From an uncultured archaeon (GTDB lineage: Archaea; Thermoplasmatota; Penumbrarchaeia; JASLWR01), in the NCBI GenBank assembly GCA_964342815.1, contig CAYFHS010000009.1, positions 64,686-128,685 of the forward strand: a DNA stretch of 64,000 nucleotides. Direction: 5' to 3'. Positions 21,550 to 29,261 of the stretch are shown piece by piece. Position 1 is the first letter of the stretch. The number at the start of each line of letters is the position of its first letter. The translations under genes and the position numbers were made by a program. The notes beneath the pieces are model-generated. The model saw only the letters and a list, made by a program, of their open reading frames with translations. It did not search any database and was not told the DNA's origin.

Positions 21550-21616
21550 ATAATCACCCTACCGTGTTATGGATTTATTCAACCCTGGACTGACCTCGAA
21601 AAGACCCTCGGAGCCT

Positions 21617-22753
21617 TTAACTAGATCCTTTTTTCTTACCGTATCGAATAATTACAAAACTGATGAAAATAACCCCAATAATTTCCAACGGTCCGAAACC
21701 AGGCATCAGGCCGCCACCTCCCTCATCATCATTAAGGTTGGCACCATCTTTTACCAATGTAAAATCGAAATTGCGTGTTATTACATTTTTACCTGCATCC
21801 ACTGCTGTCACAGTAACAGAATAAGGTCCCTTTTCCAGATCTTCAGTGGAAGCGAAATAGTAATAATAATACCTGTCTTCGGGCTTCAAAGGATCCCCTC
21901 GCTGGAAATGGTATTTCTCGTCCGTATCGTCATCAATGGTGAAATATACTTCCTCGAAAGTAGCATAGTCGCCGAGTATTATCTGAATCCCGTTGATCCC
22001 GTTCGACTCAATTATGGGTCTGGTTTTGTTTATATCGCTGAACTCAGGTTTGCCGTTAGCGACGATTTGAAAACTTGAGGAAATTTCATCTTTATTCCCA
22101 TGGGAGTCTTCGGCGGTTATGGTATATTCTATTTCCAATCCGAGATCCATAATATTTAATACTTCATTCTTGGGAATGTTATAATAATATGTGTTTCCGT
22201 TGCCTTCCTCTTTCTCCATATCGACCATAGAATCGCTCCCACCGGGATACTTAATTGATACCTTCCCAGAGGAAACCTCGTAGTTATCCTTGATCATTGC
22301 ACGAATCCTGACCGTGGGGGTCGAGTTGACATACATTGCAGGATTGTACTCTTGAATCTCCAGCGTCCGATCGTCAAGCGACGGTCCCGAGAAATCAGAG
22401 AAAGGCGGATTCAACGATATAACCACTACGGCAAGCCAGGTCAGTCCGAAGGAAAAGACAAAATTGAACCAACTCTTCTTCGGTATGATGGAGAGGTCTA
22501 CATTGAACTTAGGTAATATGAGATACAACGCCAGTACACCGAAGAAACCTGGAATGAAAATATATTGCCAGGTATCCTGAAACATCTGAAAGACGAAAAA
22601 TGTCATAGCTCCCACAACCACCGCCCATGCCATTGAAATGAAGACCCCTTTGCCTATCCTAAGTTGTTCCTCCAGATACTCTTTCTCATCGAACTCTTCC
22701 AGTTCAAACGGTGTTTCCTGCTTCATGTCCTTCTGTTTTCTTTTACTTGCCAC
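21617..22753 (-). CDS. Multi-TM protein with extracellular Ig-like region and PGF-CTERM-like sorting signal
   Basis: GTG start at 22753 after GGGGGG SD-like run (ORF track start 22870 unlikely); about four N-terminal TMs; C-terminus MPGFGPLEIIGVIFISFVII-RYGKKK. Confidence 0.75.
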   Translation of the reverse strand: MASKRKQKDMKQETPFELEEFDEKEYLEEQLRIGKGVFISMAWAVVVGAMTFFVFQMFQDTWQYIFIPGFFGVLALYLILPKFNVDLSIIPKKSWFNFVFSFGLTWLAVVVISLNPPFSDFSGPSLDDRTLEIQEYNPAMYVNSTPTVRIRAMIKDNYEVSSGKVSIKYPGGSDSMVDMEKEEGNGNTYYYNIPKNEVLNIMDLGLEIEYTITAEDSHGNKDEISSSFQIVANGKPEFSDINKTRPIIESNGINGIQIILGDYATFEEVYFTIDDDTDEKYHFQRGDPLKPEDRYYYYYFASTEDLEKGPYSVTVTAVDAGKNVITRNFDFTLVKDGANLNDDEGGGGLMPGFGPLEIIGVIFISFVIIRYGKKKGSS

Positions 22754-22800
22754 GAATGCCCCCCATGATGCGGATCGATGAATAATCCACAATATTGTGG

Positions 22801-22975
22801 GTATCATCCGTAGGGAACTCGTTCCCGATACTGGAAATATTCCTTTCAGGAACATTTCCGTCTCGTCCAACGCGTTAGTTGACCGAGGATGCAGGGCAAT
22901 CTTTGATTGACCGGAATGAAATGGGCATCCTCAGAAACAGCAGAAAAAAAGTCTTCTGCAGTTTCCTACGGATAA
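22801..22975 (-). ncRNA. Candidate structured leader / ncRNA (unknown class)
   Basis: 13-bp closing helix 22806-22818/22961-22973 enclosing four or five hairpins; TATA-like element at 23017-23026; strand inferred only from the flanking genes. Confidence 0.4.
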
Positions 22976-23073
22976 GAAAAAAATTGATCCGATTTTAAAT
23001 TATGATATGGATTACAATATATATAATCTGTACTCTCATTTCTACTTAGCCAAACATAGATTCATTGAATTTT

Positions 23074-23970
23074 TTATTTCTTCCGTTGCCTCGCGGCGAT
23101 CATATCACCAATCAATTTGGATGCTAAGGCCGAAGTGTTCCCATTATCGTATGGAGGATATATTTCCACAATATCCATACCGATCAGAGTATGAGATAGA
23201 GCCTCGACAATCCTCAATACATCCCAATGAGTGAGGCCAAAAGGTTCAGGGGTACCCACACCCGGGGCAAAAGCCGGGTCGATGCCGTCCATATCCAAAG
23301 TCAAATAGACTGGAGAATCTTCAATGAATCTTTCTATCACGCGAATACAGCTTTCTATGCCGGACCCTCTTACCGTGAAGCTGTCGATCCATTTAAGTCC
23401 CAGCTTATTAGCATCAGCTACCTCTTCCCTTTCAAAGGAACGGACACCAATGCAAAGAGTCCTCTTATAACCGATAATATCGCCGATACGCCTCAAGGAA
23501 CAGGCGTGAGAATTTTTATCGCCCAGGTACACATTACGAAAATCCAGGTGGGCGTCAATTGAGACAACTTTCAGGTTGGGTCCCGATTTTTTCGTACGAT
23601 GACTATAAAGTTCTCCCACGATGATTGGAGATATGCTGTGTTCCCCTCCAATTACTATGGGAAAACAATCATTTTCGAGTATCTCTCTCATTGCACGTCG
23701 CAGTTCAGCGGTTAGGTGGAGATAATCAAGGGGGACGATGGTCCCCATGTCATAGAGGTTGATTGTCTCGATATCAACATCATACCTGTAACGATATGTC
23801 TCGAAATTGTAAGATTCTTCCCGTACGGTATAGGGCGCCTCAGCAGTCCCTTTTCGGTGACAGGCCGTTCCGTCATAAGAAGCTCCAAGTATAACATAAT
23901 CTGCATCTTGCAGATTGGATGTGGCATCGGCGAATAATAATGGAGATGAATCCTTTGCCGGTTTATTCAT
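23074..23970 (-). CDS. speB: Agmatinase
   Basis: GGEHS, DAHLD, DMDGIDP, GTPEP ureohydrolase motifs; ATG 23970 preceded by GAAGGTGA inside the bioA 3' end. Confidence 0.92.
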   Translation of the reverse strand: MNKPAKDSSPLLFADATSNLQDADYVILGASYDGTACHRKGTAEAPYTVREESYNFETYRYRYDVDIETINLYDMGTIVPLDYLHLTAELRRAMREILENDCFPIVIGGEHSISPIIVGELYSHRTKKSGPNLKVVSIDAHLDFRNVYLGDKNSHACSLRRIGDIIGYKRTLCIGVRSFEREEVADANKLGLKWIDSFTVRGSGIESCIRVIERFIEDSPVYLTLDMDGIDPAFAPGVGTPEPFGLTHWDVLRIVEALSHTLIGMDIVEIYPPYDNGNTSALASKLIGDMIAARQRKK

Positions 23971-25318
23971 AAATTTCACCTTCAGTCACTTTTCTTATGG
24001 AATCGAAAGTAACGTCAAGAAGACGTTTCAGTTCTGGGATTTTTATGGAAAGCGGAGGCATAAGGACTATCACATCGGAGAGGGGTCTTATTATAACACC
24101 GTTCTTTTTTGCGTCTTTGATAACCTTAACCCCAATTCGATCCCCTGAAGGATACTTCTTTTTAGTAGCTCGATCCAAAACTAGCTCGATACCAACCATG
24201 AAACCGCATTGTCTTACGTCACCAACATGCTCGTGTTCCCAGAACTTCTCCAAGTATTTTTCGAGAAAATTGATTTTTTCCATAAGGTTTTCAAGTGTAT
24301 TCTCTTTTTCAAATACGTCCAGATTGGCAATTGCTGACGCACAGCAAACGGGATTTCCCGTATAGGTATGTCCGTGGAAAAACGTTTTATAATCGGTATG
24401 TTCACCTAGGAAAGCCTCGTAAATCCTTTCAGTGGTCATGGTTACCGCCAGGGGCAGATAACCCCCTGTAATCCCCTTTGCTAAGCATAATATATCCGGG
24501 TTTACCGATTCATGCTCGCAAGCAAAGAACTTACCGGTACGGCCAACTCCCACTGCAACTTCGTCCAATACCAAAAGAACGTCATTTTCATTGCATGCTC
24601 TAGCCACCCGCTTTAAATATCCCGGCTTGGCTGTAAGCATCCCGCCAGCTCCCTGTACCAGCGGTTCTAAGATTACAGCACACAGTTCTCCCCTATGTTC
24701 TTCGATCAATCGTTCCATCTCGCCAGCACAAGCCATTTCGCAAGATGGATATTCCACACCTAGCTCACATCTGTAGCAGGAATACGAAGGTGCTTTTATT
24801 GTTTTGAAAAGAAGCGGGCCGTATATCTTATGGAAAAGGTCGATTCCCCCTAAGCTAACCGAACCGATAGTGTCTCCATGATAACCTTGACTTAGTGATA
24901 GAAATTTTTTTTTCCGCTGAAAACCTTTCTGCTGCCAGAATTGATATGCCATTTTGAGGCCTATCTCAACCGATGTTGAGCCGTTATCCGAGTAAAAGAT
25001 TTTTGTAAGTCCGGCGGGAGCGACATCGACCAATCTCTTCGCCAACTCCACTGCGGGACGATTTGATATCCCCAAAAGGGTTGAATGTGAAATCAGGTTT
25101 ACCTGCCGCTGTATCGCCCGGTTTATATCGGGATGGGCGTGCCCGTGAATGTTGACCCATAATGACGATACGCCGTCTATATACCTATTACCATCAACAT
25201 CAATTAGATATACACCGTCACCCCGTTCGATTATCAGCGGTTCTTCCATTTCATATTCCTTCATCTGGGTGAATGGATGCCAGATGTATCTTCTATCGAT
25301 TTCTATAAGGTCCATCAT
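23963..25318 (-). CDS. bioA: 7,8-diaminopelargonic acid aminotransferase
   Basis: IWHPFTQM, DGVSSLW, YHGDT, EPLVQGAGG, DEVA, AKGITGGYLP, HGHTYTGNP. Confidence 0.96.
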   Translation of the reverse strand: MMDLIEIDRRYIWHPFTQMKEYEMEEPLIIERGDGVYLIDVDGNRYIDGVSSLWVNIHGHAHPDINRAIQRQVNLISHSTLLGISNRPAVELAKRLVDVAPAGLTKIFYSDNGSTSVEIGLKMAYQFWQQKGFQRKKKFLSLSQGYHGDTIGSVSLGGIDLFHKIYGPLLFKTIKAPSYSCYRCELGVEYPSCEMACAGEMERLIEEHRGELCAVILEPLVQGAGGMLTAKPGYLKRVARACNENDVLLVLDEVAVGVGRTGKFFACEHESVNPDILCLAKGITGGYLPLAVTMTTERIYEAFLGEHTDYKTFFHGHTYTGNPVCCASAIANLDVFEKENTLENLMEKINFLEKYLEKFWEHEHVGDVRQCGFMVGIELVLDRATKKKYPSGDRIGVKVIKDAKKNGVIIRPLSDVIVLMPPLSIKIPELKRLLDVTFDSIRKVTEGEIYE

Positions 25319-26034
25319 ATCTTCTCCAAAATGCAGTCGAGATTCACATGCTCGATAGTTGTCTCAATCAAATCAGCAAGACCGCGATCATACTTTACGG
25401 ATTTCACAAACGGTAACTCACCCAGGATATTTATTTTTCCGTAAACCCGGATCTGATCCCCATTGGTTTGACGTACTCTTTCACTATCGGGATTTAGGTC
25501 ATGTTCATCCGGATTGTTCAATATTACTCCCATCAGCTCGACACCCAGATTTCGGCAATATTCCACCGTTAAAACGGTATGGTTGATGACCCCCAATCTC
25601 TGGGGGCTAACGATAATGGCCGGAAGACCCAACTCATAGGCTATTTCACCATTTGTTCTACCTTTGATAAGAGGTGAGGCGATACCGCCGGCACCTTCCA
25701 CAAATACAATATCGACATTTCGGGCGATCCTGATTAACCGCTCCTTTATCCGATCAATGCTAACCTCGGTGGTTCCGGCTGCAAGGTCGGGCGACATAGC
25801 GGGCCTGAAACAATATGGATTGACAAGCTCAAGCGGTATTTTCTGACCCGATGCTCTTATAAGTATCTCAGCATCCTCCGAGACAAGTTTGCCGTTCGAA
25901 AAAATCCCACCGCTCTGGACTGGTTTCATCACACCAACCGTAATACCCCTTCTTGACAATGCGCCTACTATACCCGCTGTAACAATGGTCTTTCCGATAC
26001 CGGTGTCTGTTCCAGTAATAAAAACACCGTTCAA
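25315..26034 (-). CDS. bioD: Dethiobiotin synthetase
   Basis: FITGTDTGIGKT, KPVQSG, VEGAGG, LGVINHT. Confidence 0.96.
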   Translation of the reverse strand: MNGVFITGTDTGIGKTIVTAGIVGALSRRGITVGVMKPVQSGGIFSNGKLVSEDAEILIRASGQKIPLELVNPYCFRPAMSPDLAAGTTEVSIDRIKERLIRIARNVDIVFVEGAGGIASPLIKGRTNGEIAYELGLPAIIVSPQRLGVINHTVLTVEYCRNLGVELMGVILNNPDEHDLNPDSERVRQTNGDQIRVYGKINILGELPFVKSVKYDRGLADLIETTIEHVNLDCILEKI

Positions 26035-27176
26035 AGTCCCACCTCCTTCAATCCTTCCTTAAGCGCTTGAAGACCGATGTCAAGATCCTCCTTACTGTGT
26101 GTCGCCATCAATGTGATCCTCAGCATCGACTTATTCTTGGGAACCGTGGGATATCGGATCGGATGACAAAAAACACCTCTTTTGAACATCGCTTCGGATA
26201 CCTTGAGAACCATACTGTTTTCTCCCAATACCACTGGAATAATCGGTGTTTGTATCCCGGTCAGATCAGCACCGAGGTCCATTGAATCAAGCCCCTCTTT
26301 CAAATAGTTCACATTGTTAAACAACATTTTTCGTCTTTTTTCCTGCTTACACAACTCCAATCCTCTGACAGCGGCAGCCGCCCAGGCCGCCGGAAATGCT
26401 GTGGAATAAATAAATCCCCTTGCCGTATTCGCAAGAAAATCCATCAACTCTTCTGAGCCCGCAACGAACCCTCCTTGAGCACCCACTGCCTTGCTGAGCG
26501 TCCCCATGTTCACATCCACCTTTACGTTGAAATGTTCAGCGGTTCCCCGTCCCCGTTTACCTAAAATTCCAGTTCCGTGGGCATCATCGACATACAATAA
26601 TAAATTGTAATTTTCGGCAATTCTCTTGAGTGCTGTGAGGTCAGCCACCTCACCGGACATGCTGAAAACCCCGTCTGAAATGATCATTCCTTCCCCGGAT
26701 ATTTCAATACATTTTTCGAGATCGTCCATATCCCCGTGCTGAAATATTTTCACCCCGGCCCGTGACAACCTGCACCCATCTATTAAGCTGGCGTGGTTCA
26801 TTGAATCAGAGTAGATCGTATTATTTCCGGCAAGGATTGGTATGGCTGAAACGTTTGCCATATATCCACAATTAAAAGCAAGTGAGGCCTCTTCTCCTTT
26901 GAACCTCGCGATCTCTTCCTCAAGCTTGGTATGCAGCCGAGTGGTCCCCCCTATAAGGCGTGAACCACTTGTTCCAACACCCCACTTCCTCAAGGCATTA
27001 CTGGTAGTTTCTACGAGCTCGTTACTTCCGGCAATTCCAAGATAATTATTCGATGAAAAGTTGATTATCTCTCGGCCGGCATGAATAATTCTTGGCCCTT
27101 GAGGTGAATCATACGGACGCATCTTTCGATAAAGATCTTTTTCCTTTATCTTTTCGAGTTCATGGGAGAAATCCAA
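26031..27176 (-). CDS. bioF: 8-amino-7-oxononanoate synthase
   Basis: NFSSNNYLG, GSRLIGG, NHASLIDG, DGVFSM, DDAHG, GTLSKA, IRYPTVP. Confidence 0.95.
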   Translation of the reverse strand: MDFSHELEKIKEKDLYRKMRPYDSPQGPRIIHAGREIINFSSNNYLGIAGSNELVETTSNALRKWGVGTSGSRLIGGTTRLHTKLEEEIARFKGEEASLAFNCGYMANVSAIPILAGNNTIYSDSMNHASLIDGCRLSRAGVKIFQHGDMDDLEKCIEISGEGMIISDGVFSMSGEVADLTALKRIAENYNLLLYVDDAHGTGILGKRGRGTAEHFNVKVDVNMGTLSKAVGAQGGFVAGSEELMDFLANTARGFIYSTAFPAAWAAAAVRGLELCKQEKRRKMLFNNVNYLKEGLDSMDLGADLTGIQTPIIPVVLGENSMVLKVSEAMFKRGVFCHPIRYPTVPKNKSMLRITLMATHSKEDLDIGLQALKEGLKEVGL

Positions 27177-27181
27177 TCAAC

Positions 27182-28162
27182 TCACCCCCGTTTGAGATCA
27201 AGACCCATATTCCGGATCATTCTTTTGTCATCCTCGGGATTTCGCCCGGTTGTTGTGAGATAATTACCTGTGAGCATCCCATCTAATCCAGCCACCAATC
27301 CAAAAGCCTGCAGTTCATTCATATTTTTTTCTCTTCCCCCGGCATACCTTATGGATTTCGTTGGATTGACGCATCTAAACAGAGATATGGTCCGGAGTAC
27401 TTCCAACGGGGGGGTTGTGGGTCGGTTCTCGAATGGCGTTCCCATTACCGGATTAAGTATGTTAATGGGGATCGAGTCCGGATTAAGCTCTCTTAGAGCG
27501 AATGCCATTTCCACCCTTTGGCTCCAGTTTTCTCCCATACCTATGATTCCACCGCAACAAACCGACAATCCTGCTCTTTTTGCGTTTCGGACGGTCTCTG
27601 CTCTTTCTTCATATCTGTGAGTACTACAAATTGTACTATAGAACGACGGAGCAGTTTCAATATTATGATGATAGCTTGTCAACCCCGCCTCCTTCAGACT
27701 CACGAGTTGTTCATAGGATAATACTCCCAGTGAGGCACATACTTCCAATCCAGTTGTTTTCTTGACTCTGGATACGGCTTCCAGGACAGCATTCATCTCC
27801 TTTGGCCCAATACCCTTGCCGGAGGTAACGATTCCAAATCGATCAGCACCTGCTTTATCCATGTCTTTTGCCGTTTCCACAATGATTTGTGGAGACATGA
27901 TATCGTATACGTCCACATCAGTTTTATGGTGGATTGACTGGGCACAGAACTTACAATCTTCAGAGCATAGGCCCGATCGGGCATTCACGATGGTACACAG
28001 ACTTATCTCCTTCCCCCTGAATTTGCGGGAAATCTTTCCCGCCGCGGAAAAAAGGTCCCAGAGGTCTTCCCCTGAAATGTCGACAATTTTTTCGGCCGTT
28101 TCCCGGTTGATTCCTTCCCCATTTAGGCCCTTCCTTAGGATGGCTGATATAAAAGAATTCAT
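27182..28162 (-). CDS. bioB: Biotin synthase (radical SAM)
   Basis: CSEDCKFC CxxxCxxC, CASLG, YHHNIET, VCCGGIIG, AGGRE; ATG 28162 after GGTGTGG preferred over TTG 28186, which lies inside the operator. Confidence 0.96.
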   Translation of the reverse strand: MNSFISAILRKGLNGEGINRETAEKIVDISGEDLWDLFSAAGKISRKFRGKEISLCTIVNARSGLCSEDCKFCAQSIHHKTDVDVYDIMSPQIIVETAKDMDKAGADRFGIVTSGKGIGPKEMNAVLEAVSRVKKTTGLEVCASLGVLSYEQLVSLKEAGLTSYHHNIETAPSFYSTICSTHRYEERAETVRNAKRAGLSVCCGGIIGMGENWSQRVEMAFALRELNPDSIPINILNPVMGTPFENRPTTPPLEVLRTISLFRCVNPTKSIRYAGGREKNMNELQAFGLVAGLDGMLTGNYLTTTGRNPEDDKRMIRNMGLDLKRG

Positions 28163-28171
28163 TTCCACACC

Positions 28172-28205
28172 ATTGTAAACTTGCAAGTGGCGAAAAGTTT
28201 ACAAT
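28172..28205. promoter_or_regulatory. BirA-type biotin operator
   Basis: ATTGTAAAC-N16-GTTTACAAT with perfect 11-bp arms (ATTGTAAACTT/AAGTTTACAAT), 10 bp upstream of the bioB ATG; matches the TGT(A/T)AAC-N14-16-GTT(A/T)ACA BirA consensus. Confidence 0.85.
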
Positions 28206-28253
28206 CATTAAATATCTTTGTCCCAGAAATTTAAAAAACACTAAGATTAAAAT

Positions 28254-28574
28254 GGTCTAGTTGTTTAGACCCTTACTTGTAAAGGTGACCCATACTGGCT
28301 CACCATACAGGACAAGTGGTGACTTGTCAAGTAAAGACGGGAACAAAGTGACTGTCTTCTTGGTAAAGTTGAGCCAGAATGGGTCGGCTTTACGTGTAAA
28401 GCCGTCCCTTTTTGGTACGTCTTTACCAATAAGTCTGTCCAAATGTGCCTGACTTTACACGTAAAGTCACCGCTTGACAAGGCTTGACCAGTAACACCCG
28501 GGTAAGTGCAATGTAACTTGAGGATACTTCCGTAGGTACATCTACATTGGTGAGCCATTATAGGTCGGCTTTAC
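28254..28574. repeat. Mosaic of nested inverted repeats and CTTTAC-NN-GTAAAG palindromes
   Basis: Three copies of a 26-bp motif (28279-28304 inverted, 28368-28393, 28549-28574; 22/26 identity pairwise); 14-bp palindromes at 28271, 28388, 28453; hairpins at 28254-28271 and 28311-28328. Confidence 0.85.
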
Positions 28575-29011
28575 CTAACAACCATTACCGAGCATTCTGC
28601 GTATCGGGTAACCTTTTCAGCAACTGAACCCATCAAAATGGAACTCAGGGTACCTTGGCCTACGCTACCCAGAATAACAAGGTCGTATTCAGATGAGATT
28701 TTAATAATTTCTTTGGCCACGTTGCCGTTTGCTAGGTGAGAAGAGATTTCTACGCCTACTTCCCTGCCCTTGTCCACATACTCTTTCAACAAAGATTTCG
28801 CCATGGATTTCGTCTCTTTCTCAACGAGACGAACCACTGTGGATACCTCCACACTCTCGAAAGGGGGAGGCAGACGAACACTGGAATCAATCACGTATAT
28901 GACCGTGGCTTCGCCGTTGAGTGATTTTGTAATCTTCATGGCTGTTGCAAAGGCTTTATTAGAGGGACTGGAGCCATCTATGGGGATCAATATCTTCTTC
29001 GGTGTCTTCAT
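28571..29011 (-). CDS. uspA: Universal stress protein (UspA family)
   Basis: ILIPIDGS, G...I, DLVILGSVG, LMGSVAEKV. Confidence 0.93.
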   Translation of the reverse strand: MKTPKKILIPIDGSSPSNKAFATAMKITKSLNGEATVIYVIDSSVRLPPPFESVEVSTVVRLVEKETKSMAKSLLKEYVDKGREVGVEISSHLANGNVAKEIIKISSEYDLVILGSVGQGTLSSILMGSVAEKVTRYAECSVMVVR

Positions 29012-29261
29012 GGTCTCACGCTGATCAAAAGGTCGCCCTATTATTAAAAATATTGGATATGATATTTCGATCCATTCAATTTATTTTAGTTTAATCTAGG
29101 CAGTTAATAATTTTATTTGGGATTTATTTTACGATTACGGTTTTCCATAGATGTCGAATTTACCGGTTTAGATTTTTCTAAAGCAAGTATTTAATTTATA
29201 TAAAAGATATGATTATACAAAGACGTTTGGCTGATATCACATCAACAGAAAAAGTGTTAAT

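Noticed and set aside
21354-21557. Separate small gene or programmed frameshift upstream of the LEA_2-like gene
   Set aside because: The LEA_2 frame is itself open across this region and encodes a better TM helix; a CTG start explains it without a frameshift
22754-22870. N-terminal extension of ORF 21617-22870
   Set aside because: It overlaps the structured region and has no SD; GTG 22753 has an SD-like G-run
22801-22975. SAM-I, c-di-AMP, lysine, cobalamin or guanidine riboswitch; hammerhead; RNase P
   Set aside because: Only superficial matches (TTATC...GATGA ends, CTGAGGA); the required conserved cores (e.g. GAAA after stem II, GAGGAAAGTCC) are absent
28279-28574. SRP (7S) RNA or RNase P RNA on size and closing helix
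   Set aside because: No helix-8 CAGG/GGAA/AGCA motif, Alu UGUNR motif or RNase P conserved regions on either strand
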